The notes: generated by a model from the letters alone, not told the origin. A stretch of 64,000 nt of DNA from Perkinsela sp. CCAP 1560/9 (GCA_965644495.1 CBFFSA010000009.1:310001-374000); one strand, 5' to 3'. Positions 45,901-56,060 are shown, counted from the first letter of the stretch. A program made the numbers and translations.

Positions 45901-47865
45901 GCGTCCTCTTTGTTTCGCGCCAGGTGGATGTACGAGTTGCAGCGCTCCTCGATCTTCGCAACCATACTCTCCCACTGTTCCTCTGTGAAACGGACTAGAA
46001 CGCGACCTCCATTTATTGTGTGGAATGTTTCGAGTAGGTTCTGCAGTACAGGGCGGGGTCGGGTAGCCGGGACTTGCCGGACACGAGGGATGCGCTGCAA
46101 TATCGTGTGTTCGCAGTTTCCTTCTGGTGGGGGAGGTAAAGGTAAAGGCAGAGGCGTGGGATCTGTTGCGGACTGCACAAGGGGTAAAGAAGGTGAGGAT
46201 CGGCGTACAGAAGCAGAATCATGTTGTGGGGCGTGGACAAGTGGTGCATTCCGTACAGGGCTCAGTATTGGACTCGAGCGATTCGAGGGGTTGGTGTGAA
46301 CTGGGGGGTAGGTTGTTGCGCGTGGAGGGGGCGGTAGTGAAGCTTTTGCGGCGCGTTCCGCATCACCCATTGCAGGGCACAGTATATTTCTCGTGGTCCA
46401 GCATATGGCAGAGTACGCTACTTCAGCGACTTTGAGGAGAACTCCTTTCTGGCAGCATTGATGTTTACATGTTGCCTTGTCCTTACATTTATGAGCGCAG
46501 TTGCGACGAGGCGCTGTTGGGGCAGGGGTGTTGTTGTCATTGCTGGTGTGCAGGTCTGGAGAGGTACGGACGGGTTCGCGGAGTACAACCTCCGTGCTAG
46601 GTTGTATGACACCATTTTTGCAACATCGATGCTTGCACTGAGCTTTGTTGCTACTTATGCGCCGACAGGGGTGATAATTGACTTCATTGGTTGATGTTTG
46701 TGTGTGGTGTGCGGCGTCATCCATGTATGCTAGTGAGGACAGATTTGCGGTCGGGAGCTCCGGATCCCTGACCTCTTCGAAGTGTCCGATGTCTGGTGTG
46801 GTATGCTGATCGGTGTCTATGGATAAGTCTGCTGGTAGTGGACTACTTGCTCGAGCTATGGGTGGTTCCACGAGGGGTAGCACTGGTTGAGGACTACTTT
46901 GGGCATCTGTAATGGGGACCCCCACTTTGCAACACTTGTGCAGACAATTTCTTTTGTCGCGGCATGTGTGTTTGCGCGGTCTTCTGTGAGAAGTAAGTGA
47001 GGGTTCCATAGGGGCAACGTCCTCCGGAGAGGGAAGAGACATGTTAGGCGAAAGAGATCCTTCGTGTCGTACATTGCAACATTCGTGAAGACACGATGTT
47101 TTGTCCCGGCATTTATGAGCGCATGGGGCACGTGGTTCGGAAGCGTGTTTTGAGGCATATGATGGCGGTGACACCTTGTAAGAGTCATCTCGGATCCTAT
47201 AGGGTGCGCCGTAGGTGATCTCTGGGTGACCCCGTAGTAGTTCAATGGGTTGTATTTTTTGAGTTACGTGTGTGATTTGGAATTTTCGTAATCCTGGGAT
47301 GTCACTACCACATAATTTCTTCGTGACCGCTTTGCCGAGCGCGTTCGAAGAGGAGTACACTGCGTTAAGCTGCATGAACGAATCCCTGTAGGCGGAACTC
47401 CAGCTGGCGTGACAAAACGTGCGACTTGGGTTTCCCGTTTCTTGGTATTTTAGGTGTTCACATGCGTTGTTTTCAATGACATCTTGAGTGGTACACGTTT
47501 GTACTATCAGACCATCACTTCTTTTGCTTTCCGACTTCAAGGATTTGCCGATCGAGGCTTCAACCATGTGGACACTCGAGAAGAACTCTCGTTCTGTGAG
47601 GGCAATGGCTGCGGCATGCGTGTCTGGGAAATATGACCATGTGACGCTGTCCGAGGGGCGGATTTTGACGGGCATCGCTCGACTTTGGATGAAGTGAAAG
47701 CTCTGGGGATGTCGCTGCGCGCTGACAGGTCCTCCAGGGGGGCCGTCGTGTGCGATGGGAGCCGGTGAGGTGACATTGGAGGCCATGCTTCGGAAGATAA
47801 AGTTAGTACAAAATTGAAAATAATTCAACAAGTTAAGAAACTGTATCTTTATAAGACGCTATCTT
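42998..47865 (-). mobile_element. Full-length RLE (HERO/NeSL-like) retrotransposon copy 2
   Basis: Flanked by the two halves of an LRR gene. SL-like head at 47826-47852, structured 3' UTR and no TSD. Confidence 0.92.
43101..47786 (-). CDS. Intact retrotransposon polyprotein (4 Cys/His fingers, RT, CCHC knuckle, RLE)
   Basis: Open frame with NWRPISL, QKGF, DIKNAF, QGDTLSP, FADD, CPIC..H..C, RPDGW, IIELTCPWEEN and EVGARG. Likely ATG at 47786. Confidence 0.93.
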   Translation of the reverse strand: MASNVTSPAPIAHDGPPGGPVSAQRHPQSFHFIQSRAMPVKIRPSDSVTWSYFPDTHAAAIALTEREFFSSVHMVEASIGKSLKSESKRSDGLIVQTCTTQDVIENNACEHLKYQETGNPSRTFCHASWSSAYRDSFMQLNAVYSSSNALGKAVTKKLCGSDIPGLRKFQITHVTQKIQPIELLRGHPEITYGAPYRIRDDSYKVSPPSYASKHASEPRAPCAHKCRDKTSCLHECCNVRHEGSLSPNMSLPSPEDVAPMEPSLTSHRRPRKHTCRDKRNCLHKCCKVGVPITDAQSSPQPVLPLVEPPIARASSPLPADLSIDTDQHTTPDIGHFEEVRDPELPTANLSSLAYMDDAAHHTQTSTNEVNYHPCRRISSNKAQCKHRCCKNGVIQPSTEVVLREPVRTSPDLHTSNDNNTPAPTAPRRNCAHKCKDKATCKHQCCQKGVLLKVAEVAYSAICWTTRNILCPAMGDAERAAKASLPPPPRATTYPPVHTNPSNRSSPILSPVRNAPLVHAPQHDSASVRRSSPSLPLVQSATDPTPLPLPLPPPPEGNCEHTILQRIPRVRQVPATRPRPVLQNLLETFHTINGGRVLVRFTEEQWESMVAKIEERCNSYIHLARNKEDALSQAEILSAILAVTAFEAARENDPTHGFLIRTRTGRSRRNSRPLAIERTVKVLSQHVRQLKRALTFMKGPARNKQRGEIKEAEKALKQYMEESSMQRKEIGRRWALTRFQRNPWTAARECLDRVDPSTSETETSYPTVPVQEVERFFVGSMSRPEEIHKIPPAEFTKPIPLDEMQWSDIDSDMIPAAVASKRSEAAPGSDTVSNALLKRCAPLFTHMAQVFNDVLKFGVCPPTWKTAVTRLIHKGGPTSSMENWRPISLTSCIGKLFHSILSHRILQHSLDSNALDTTIQKGFLPHMNGTVKHTQVLCELLEHQRRHKRQYVLAQFDIKNAFGSIPHTILFQALKWARVSPILINYIKALYERASIQIKCAEGLTKSIEIGRGVLQGDTLSPILFNLAMELVLRFVRSSCPEYGITWNAKEIFLKAFADDLTILTNTPQEMQNATNALVKVLSDIGMKLNVKKCRLQHMAMTQDSGYMTRRPQIMIGTSPIPHICDNGSIFLGMTLAPGAQQGKTLFLKLRTRLRAWLRNISSSAHDLPARLWIYNNGIISRLRYSFVVNSCLTFNHVLRLQRCPTREIRKWLNVAKSATSELFYSEHGWNLMSLSKLWLLSTVGTMEQMDKSRDPEVQHALCERIRREANKRRAGYIRPPTDMHSTSHSNVRRLLGSEYERHLTEAVQRRTAVAGRWFRIATEADLARDFAAALCNLKSESLSRFTSSVLTETPLPTRGSLRRWGVSTHASDKCPICDTETQTTRHILSGCRKSLGQGRYALRHNMVLQALANSVQRFSSTSQCHFDLPHFRSTPAWLTNLDTELRPDGWVKLSNGEEYIIELTCPWEENFEFAHERKIEKYTSLYHSRKLDRPTTFLFVFEVGARGKLHMSARTLNSLFMGNEEAVAVCRPNMTTSALRGSFIIFQHRENKQWMEVSSEE

Positions 47866-48241
47866 TAAGACGCTGCAGATCCCTGGGTAATGCGTCTAAC
47901 CTGACTTCGCCCATGAGATCGTTTGAGTAAAGTTCCAACGCAAGTACGGTTACGGGCAAATGTTCCCAACGTAGCGTACCTCGTAGATTGCCTCCCCGGA
48001 TAATGCGAGAGTATGTTTCGCATGCCGAGTTCATATCATGCCAATCGATTCTTTCAACATTTTGTGCATCATTGCAACGTACTCCGTACCACTCACACGC
48101 TGGAGTCAAAGTGGTTTTGAAATTACTACTCGACGGCATAGAAACGATTCCAAGAAATCGAAGTATCAGAATTTCAGCTGGAAGATGTGCATTCATACGC
48201 CCCAGACGTAGCGGTGTCGTATCCGCGTTTCGCTCAAACAT
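47866..48241 (-). pseudogene. 5' part of the interrupted CAAX-type LRR gene
   Basis: MFERNADTTPLRLGRMNAHLP...LPRDLQRL. Rejoining the halves gives CGT CTT AAT ATG GCT (RLNMA). Confidence 0.9.
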
Positions 48242-49040
48242 TACGTAGGTGTGCAAGGAAAAGGAATAACGTTTTTCGTAAAAAGGAACAATAATTTTTG
48301 AAAACTCTGAACAATAATCTGAATGTAACGACCAAAACAAATTGTATTGAATGACAACTGAACGCATATTGAAACATTCTCGTGCACCTAATAGTGACCT
48401 GCACGAAATATAACTTGTTCTATAATACATGTATCTTAAAAAACGAATTGTAGACCACAAATATAGAATTAAATCTTAATAAGATATAAAAATTATATAT
48501 AAGACTTATAATTTTCATAAAGAAAAGAAAAATATAAGGATAAAAGAAAACATCAAATCGATTAGAGGATTGATTGTCTAAATCTTCTGGAATGTTCTAA
48601 AGTTTCTTCCTCTTCAGAATCTTCTTTCTCGTCTTCCGCAAAATGAAAAATCAGTTCTTCTTCGGCGTACAGTATATAAATAGAATATAGAAACAAACTG
48701 ACAGTGATGTTATCACTGTAAATTAAATTTGTAACTAATTTCCAGCAAAAAGATAAAGCACAAAAAATATGTACACGTATTGTTTTCATAGATAGTGCTT
48801 GAACGGTTAAGGTTCAACCTCAATAATAGTACCATAATAAATCAGTTTTTGTACAGTTTTTGTAGTTTTACGGACCTCTGAATTATTGTGTGATATAATC
48901 AGACAAAAGTTTTTTTCTTCGAAAAAAATAGAAATGCGCAAAAAAAGTAGTTTGTGTATAGTGCGCCAAAAAGTAGCATATTTACAGTTTCTGAAGTTTT
49001 TCAACCCGTGATCGAAAGCCGGCGGTACATTATCACTGAG

Positions 49041-49685
49041 CTACATAATCAGACAAGCCCCCTTCTGCTCTCTGATAGCTCTGATTCTTGTCTCCCTAAT
49101 AGAAATTCTAACGAATCGTGGCAGTTTTTTTATGACGTACATTCCCTTTAGGTTTTCATTGCATTCTAAATTGAGCTCGTGAACGGCCTGTGGAAGACAC
49201 TCAAAGTGTAAAGCCCGTTGGAAGTCATTAAAAGAAAAGTTAAGATAGATCATTGTTCTAGGCAAGTCTGCGAAATCCAAGGTTCCTGAAAACGTGTTGG
49301 AAGCTAGATTAAGACTCTGCAGATCCCTGGGTAATGCGTCTAGCGTGACTGCTCCAGTTAAATAGTTCGTATAAAGCTGCAACTCAAGTAACGTTGCGGG
49401 CAAATGTTCCCAACGTAGCGTACCTCGTAGCTTACGTCCACCGAGAATAGCAGAGGAGTTCTGGTGTGCGGAGTGCATAGCGTGCCAATCGATCTTCTCA
49501 ACCTTTTGTGCATCGTTGCAATGTACTCCGTACCACTCACATGCTGAAATCTTTGTGGTCTTAAAAAAGCTGCTTGGTGGCGCATCAACGTTTTCTAGAA
49601 ATTGAACCAACAGAGTTTCCGGTGGAAGATGTGCACCCACACGTCCCAGACGTAGCGGCAAGGAGTCTGCATTTTGGACAAACAT
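49041..49685 (-). CDS. LRR-only protein, CAAX subfamily (ends ACLIM)
   Basis: RLGRVGAHLPPE, ACEWYGVHC, 4 LRRs, and a basic stretch before CLIM. Confidence 0.9.
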   Translation of the reverse strand: MFVQNADSLPLRLGRVGAHLPPETLLVQFLENVDAPPSSFFKTTKISACEWYGVHCNDAQKVEKIDWHAMHSAHQNSSAILGGRKLRGTLRWEHLPATLLELQLYTNYLTGAVTLDALPRDLQSLNLASNTFSGTLDFADLPRTMIYLNFSFNDFQRALHFECLPQAVHELNLECNENLKGMYVIKKLPRFVRISIRETRIRAIREQKGACLIM

Positions 49686-50013
49686 TAGGTATGTAAGAAA
49701 CAAGATAAGACTACTCGAAAAAACAATTCTCGAAACAAATTAAGAAAATTGTCCATGAACAGGAATAATATTGTGAATGCAACAGAACTTCAGGTTTTAA
49801 AAGGGTTCGCTGCCAGATTTATGTCGCTTTAAATTTAATTTCATGTCCTTCAACTATCAGAACCACAGTTTGTTATAACTTTTTCTTGCTAGAATTATGC
49901 CAATATAATGGTGGTATACACCACCAATGGTGGTATACCTTGTACAGATCTATACAACTGCTACAGTAGTATAGTGTATAGTCCATATACATGTACATGC
50001 ATAAATCATTATG

Positions 50014-50673
50014 TTACATAATAAGACAACTCCCACGCCGTTCTGTGACAGATTTGATTTTTGTGTCCCTAATAAAAAATGTACCCGTGCCTATTATAAC
50101 GCCTGTTGGCAGCTTATCCGCATTATATTTTCCCTGTAGGTTTACATTATCATTTAAGAAGAGCTCGTGGATCCCGCGCGGAAGATGCTCAAAGTGTAAA
50201 GCCAGTTGAAAGTAATTCCTTGAAAAGTTCAGATGAGTCAGTGTTTTGGGCATGTCTGTGAAATCCAAGGTTCCTGAAAACGAATTCCATGATAGGTTAA
50301 GGCGCTGCAGATCCCTGGGTAATGCGTCTAACCTGACTTCGCCCCTGAGATCGTTTGAATAAAGTTCCAACCAAAGTACGGTTACGGGCAAATGTTCCCA
50401 ACGTAGCGTACCTCGTAGATTACCTCCCCAGAAAACGTCAGGGTACGCTTTGCATGCCGAGTTCATATCATGCCAATCGATCCTTTCAACATTTTGTGCA
50501 TCATTGCAACGTACTCCGTACCACTCACATGCTGGAATCGATGTGGTTTTATAAAGGTTGCTCGAGGGCATATCAACTTTTTCAAGAAATCGAAGCAACA
50601 TATTTTCAGGTGGAAGATGTGCATTCACACGTCCCAGACGTGGCGGTGTCGTATCCGAGTTTCGCATAAACAT
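50014..50673 (-). CDS. LRR-only protein, CAAX subfamily (ends SCLIM)
   Basis: RLGRVNAHLPPE, PACEWYGVRC, 4 LRRs and ERRGSCLIM. Confidence 0.9.
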   Translation of the reverse strand: MFMRNSDTTPPRLGRVNAHLPPENMLLRFLEKVDMPSSNLYKTTSIPACEWYGVRCNDAQNVERIDWHDMNSACKAYPDVFWGGNLRGTLRWEHLPVTVLWLELYSNDLRGEVRLDALPRDLQRLNLSWNSFSGTLDFTDMPKTLTHLNFSRNYFQLALHFEHLPRGIHELFLNDNVNLQGKYNADKLPTGVIIGTGTFFIRDTKIKSVTERRGSCLIM

Positions 50674-50768
50674 TACGTAGGCGTGCAAGGAAAAGGAATA
50701 ACGTTTTTTGTAAAAAGGAACAATAATCTGAATGTAACGACCGAAACAAATTGTATTGAATGACAACT

Positions 50769-51180
50769 TTTAATAAGACCTTTACCTTTATTAAGATCTT
50801 TGCCTTTATTAAGACCTTTACTTTATTAAGTGTACACTCCCCTAGGGCCACTGGAAGCCTACCCCTTGACACCCGACGGCACCAATCTTGTACCGCCGCC
50901 TGAATGATCTGGGAATTGCCCTTCTGGATGGCCATCCCTATTGCCACCAACATACATGTATGCGAAAGGCACCCCTTTTTATCCGAAGCGTGGGCCCTCG
51001 CCACCTTCTTGGAGAAAGCGCTCGGGGCCAAAGTCGAGGAGAATTTTAAAAACTTGCTCTCCTGCCGGTTCGAATGGTTTATTCCGGGCCTCCCCTGTAC
51101 ATGCTCTCGCCTGTGTCGGTTGTACGTCGGGCCTGTCCGCCAGGAGAAAAATTGATAGCTATTTGGTTGGTCAATCTCGT
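50769..51180 (-). mobile_element. 3' remnant of a CRE-like element with an ~18-bp tandem-repeat tail
   Basis: AIGMAIQKGNSQIIQAAVQDW is homologous to the C-terminus of the 41351 ORF. Tail is (TAATAAAGGYAAAGRTCT)x~3, and similarity to the paralogous LRR leader (~48350) stops at the tail. Confidence 0.65.
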
Positions 51181-51734
51181 GACCTGCAACGATCGGAACG
51201 TTGCACAAGAGCTCTACCACTTTACCGCACGGAGAATCCTTTAACTGCTTCCTTCGATTGTTAATCCAGTTGACACAAATTAATGACGCTTTCTTCCATG
51301 CGCTCGAGAAGACCAGCGTCCGGTAAACGATCAGGAGCGATTTTCCTCGCATTTCGTTCTGCTCCAGACAAAGTCATAAAATCATACCCCTTTTCAACAC
51401 GAGTCAAAGGCTTGTGCATAGTCTCCTTCAATGAACGTCTGATGCACAAGCGCAGACGATCGTACGCTTCAGAGTCACCGGAGATGAAAATGTCTTCCGT
51501 GTACATAGAGTCATCTGGAGGTACGTCTCCGTCCATTAGTTTTAGTAACAGGAAAATGAAACTCAAACTGAAAATGATGTGAAAAGTGATTCAAACGTAT
51601 TTTGAATCAATTCTTGAAGAAAACAAGGAAATAGAAACCACGGTAAGAGGGCTGAAACTGAGTAAAGCAAATTCAGGCAAATTTTGTGGCGCCCTATTGG
51701 GTACTGGTGAGGAATACACTTGGAAAATTTTAGG

Positions 51735-52000
51735 CGGGGAAAATCTCTCTTACTGGAGGGGGTGGGTATGCCTTTTTGGCCAGTTTCCTCTTTTCTCCCA
51801 TTTTTTTTGGCCATTTTTTCTTCTGAAAACGTGTTAAAACGCTTCTTTGGGTTACCCCCGAGGCCCCCAACATACAGACACCCCCCCGACCCCCTATACA
51901 CCTCCTGCGGGGCTTCCGAACCAAATCTCTCTTACTGGGGGTCAGCCCAAAAAGGGCCAAATCTCTCTTACTGGGGAGTACCTTACTGGGGGGGTATACG
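51735..52000. mobile_element. Partial MITE of the 38658-38969 family
   Basis: Repeated AAATCTCTCTTACTGGGG, and terminal CTTACTGGGGGGGTATACGG followed by TA. Confidence 0.7.
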
Positions 52001-53505
52001 GTATCCATATTAGAAGTACGCTTAAAATCAAGTAATTCCTTACGATTTCTCTTTCTGCTAAGATTCTGTCTTATATGGAACGAACTGCGACTCTCGCACG
52101 GTATAGCGTCTCTCCACAGCCGCCTGATTTCCAGCACGATTTGATGCCTGAAGCGATGGAACGACGTAAGTTCTCCACACCCATGTAAGCGAAAACTTAT
52201 CGGGAAGTTAGGGTACGAGCACGACAGAAGCTTGTGCGTGGGCCAGATTAAGGTGCGCTACGGTCAGTGCACATAAAAGAAGAAGAAACTCACAATGAAG
52301 ATGTTCAGAAAGTCGTTGTACTACTTCGTAGGTATATCCGGTGAGAGGGAGGCATGCCTCAGGCAGTGATGGTATCATGACGCGTAAAGTAATGATTGAA
52401 CAAAATAAATATTCTTTTTTCGATGTTTTTATCTCTCCCCAAACCACTACCCCAGCTAGCGTACAACGCGTTTTATAAGACGCTTTATAAGGCTTCCTTT
52501 TCACTTTTAATAAAACATAAGAACTTTATAAACTTTCTCTTTAAGATCTACATTAGAGGCCAGCTAAATCATATGGCTTTCGCTTCTTGGAAACTGCTTC
52601 AGTTTCGACACAGTTCGTCTGCTTTACAGACGAATTCAAATTTTGAATTTCAAGACATAGCACCTTTTTGCGCAGGATCGAAATTTCATTACGCATTTCT
52701 TCTATTTCAACTCGCAACTTTCGAAAATCGGATGCGATACTTTCAGTGCGCCACTTTCTTCCACTTTCTCCTTCAATTTTTTATTCCGATCCCGGTAAAC
52801 TTTACCATCTTGGGCATTGCTGCCACGCAACCCTCGCCACATGGTCTTAAACCAATGGGCCAAAACTTCGCGATCTTTCTTCGTATCCTCATAAACCCCT
52901 CCATATTTTTCTTTAGGAAGTCTTTCATGTGACCAGCGATAACGTCGGTTGAAACATCAGTGAAGCTCAGCGACCATGTCTGAGTCCTCCAAAGTCTGTA
53001 TCAAAAGCGATGTCCCATTCTTCTGACACGGGTCGTTGCATGTATAAGAATGATTTATGTGGCGCGATAGTGTCTGAGGTACATGAATGGGTTGGAACCG
53101 CGGCGATTCCAAAAGCCAAAGTTTCGGATGTATTCCGCGTAAAGTTAGAAGTTTTTATCAGGGTCGTCAAGGTACCTGCGATAAAGACAGCAAAGAAGCC
53201 CTGGAAAACAGACTTAGACTGATGTACAGTACAGTACAGTATGCAGACTCGCCGTACAGATCGGTGGAGGTCAGTGTGGATCACAGGAGATCTCTAAAGA
53301 TCGATAAAGATAATTGTGGAACGCCCCAAAGGGACCTGCAGACTCTCCATTTCAACAGCGACGAAAATCTGTACAAAAATGCGTACCAAAAAAAAGAATC
53401 GCGCCGCTTTGCGGCGCTGTTATTCTGAACGATGCGTCAAAATTGCGCTTAAGTGGCCGGGTAAAACGGTTGCGCATAAGTAGGGGGGGACAGTACTAAT
53501 AAATA

Positions 53506-55047
53506 TTACCTCCCCTTACTTATCCTACCCCCTTACTTATTCTGAAGCGCTGAGGATAAGTAAGGGGGTGGTAGGGGGTAGACATCAGAATCTATTTTGT
53601 TTCGAAAATTTTGAAATAAAATTTTGAACCTTTTCCCTGTTACTCTTTTTTATGAGCCCTTCCTGGTCACGTTTGAACTCTAGTCAGGTCATGTTGTCCT
53701 CTCCACTTCCTAATGAAGGAATCCTCCTAGATGCAACAAGGAGTTGTATGCAAAAGTTGTCACATCTACTTCTTCTCCGAGAGGCCCTTGGACCAGTTAC
53801 AAAATCGATGATGTTTCAGTACTTCCGTGGCATTTATGATCATTTTGAGTCCCTCAGCGAAAGCGGAAGGAAAGGGTTTGGACTAGATCTTGCACGTTCG
53901 CAAATATTTGTCGTCGGAGAGTTAATGGGGCGATGCAAATGTTTCCAAGAGCGCTTAGGCGCTTTTTTAAACATGACTAGTCTTCGCAACAGCGACCGAG
54001 GAGGATATTCCGTTATTGTTACGAGAGATGAGACGCATTGTGGGAGCCTTTGGGCGACACGACGTATGAAATTAAAGGTACAATGCGAGTAAAAATTCGT
54101 TCAACAGGAAAGTAAAAGAAAGCGCTTACTGCTTGGTTCTGGTGCCGATCATTTGCGAAAAGGGTGAATGGAAATGAAACTTGGGAGCATACGATATTTC
54201 CACCGCATTTAATATGGGAATCCAGGTCAGACTCAGGTAAAGATGCTTCAGAAGTACAACGAGCCGCATCAAAATACGGATGCTTGGCAATTACGACTCC
54301 GAACGGATGGACCACGGGAGAACCTTTTATGCAATGGACCCAAGCAGAATTCTTCGATAAGACAAAATATCCTCCGCAGAAAACTCTTTTCATACTAGAC
54401 CTTTATGCCGCGCATCGCACAACCGAGTTATTGACATTCTTCCAAGGACGAGAAATTGATGTCCAGTCTGTTCCGAGCGGTTGCACCCCTAAAGCTCAAC
54501 TTATAGACATGGCAGTGAACCGAACGTTCAAGAAAATATTGAAAGCCCGATTTGCTGATCGGCGGGCATCAATGCATCACAATATAGTAAGTCCAAACAG
54601 AAGCTTAATTACTAAATGTGTTACCAGGGCGCTACGCAAAACCGGAACCGGACGGTACGAACATGCTTTCAAAGAAGTTTTATTGCCCGCGCTGGAAAAA
54701 CGTCTTGATGAACTTCCACTGGGTTCTCGCACAGAGCTTCGCCGTTCTACCGTAATTGTGAAGTACATGAAGGATACCGAACAGGAAGCGGATGTAGTAT
54801 CCAAGATCTCTCCTTTGAACCTTTCAGTTGGGTCTCAAAATGCTCGTTCAAAACTCAGGCATTGTACTGGTGCACTGTTATAATACTATGCTGTTGTAAT
54901 TCCTATGCTGTTGTAATAATTCCTATTAATTCATCAGAAAAAATGGACGTTACTTATCCCACCCCCCTTACTTATCCTACCCCTTACTTATCCTCAAACT
55001 ATGGCTTTGGACACAAAAAGTAGGGGATAAGTGTAGGGGGGGGTAAC
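53506..55047 (+). mobile_element. Decayed pogo/Fot1-like DNA transposon (DDE_1-type, DD35D)
   Basis: TRDET (ORF 53652), then NGW, ILDLYAAH and PSGCT..Q..D..VNRTFK (ORF 54164..54883). Imperfect terminal inverted repeats built from CCCCTTACTTATCC motifs. Confidence 0.78.
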
Positions 55048-55063
55048 GGCATAATACCAAATT

Positions 55064-56060
55064 ACATAGTATGTAATACATAGTATGTAATACATACTAT
55101 GTAATACATATTAAAACCATAAGTATATAAAACTTTTTTAGGCTCTTCGTTAAACGCGGTGGTTGCTTTCAACTTAGAAGTCACTCATGCTGCGCGCTTC
55201 GCGTTGAAAACTACCACCGCGTTTAACGAAGAGACTAAAAAAGAAAAATTGGCCTGGAAAGCTGAAGAAAACGGAAAAATAGCGGATTTTCGGGTAAAAA
55301 TGGGGTGATTTTTGCGTATTTTTGCTCTCAGAGCACTAAATCCGACATTTGCGCGTGGGAAATCACTCGTAGGCATGAATGAAAGCCTACCGAACGTATT
55401 GGGTAGAGAATGCGACTCCAACCATACCATTCTTTCGACACAAAAATGCCCCTTTAGGTCCGAAAATACTTTTTCACCTTTTTTAGTCAAAAATGGGTCA
55501 TTTTGGGGGGCGCACCACAGTTCGAAGAAGTGATACCTTGCGAAAACAACTGCGTAGAAAGCTAGTGTAGGTCCCAAACTATCAAAATACAATAGGGGAA
55601 ACGATTTTGGAAAAATATTTTTTTTGTCATTTTTTTCGCCAAGTTGAAATTTTTTTCAAAATTTTTTTTCCGAAAAAATCCGAACTTGGCGGAGCCGTCC
55701 TGCGGATACGCGGGGGGGTCACCCCCGGGTAGGGGGGTGGAAAATGCGCGCCAAGACCCCGGCTACCCTTTCTGCGGTTTTTTTTCGAAAATTAATGTTT
55801 TCGAAAAAAATTGCTCGACCATGCCCCCCCCCCCTGGACCCCCCCCATGGACCCCCCATTTTTTTCAAATTTTTTTCTCAGTTTTGGACCACCGGAGCCC
55901 CCTTTTATATTTTTTTCTTCTATTATATTACTGTGTTCCCCTTTATATTTTCACTGTTTTTGTTCACTTTTTTTTCAATAATCGAGTGTAGAGCGGTAGT
56001 TTTACAACCACCGCAATGTATGTATAATACATCTATGTATGTATATATAATGTATGTATA
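55064..56060. repeat. Non-coding dispersed element abutting the truncated 5' end of retrotransposon copy 3
   Basis: 14-bp tandem TACATAGTATGTAA, hairpin 55143-71/55203-33, and 55890-56015 matching 17040-17175 in reverse complement. Confidence 0.55.

Noticed and set aside
51180-53480. Short ORFs (51261, 52396, 52967, 53087), and likewise ORFs at 20100-20700, 32000-32660 and 36032-36818
   Set aside because: No recognisable motifs. They are probably decayed repeats or chance ORFs, and I cannot support a call without a search.
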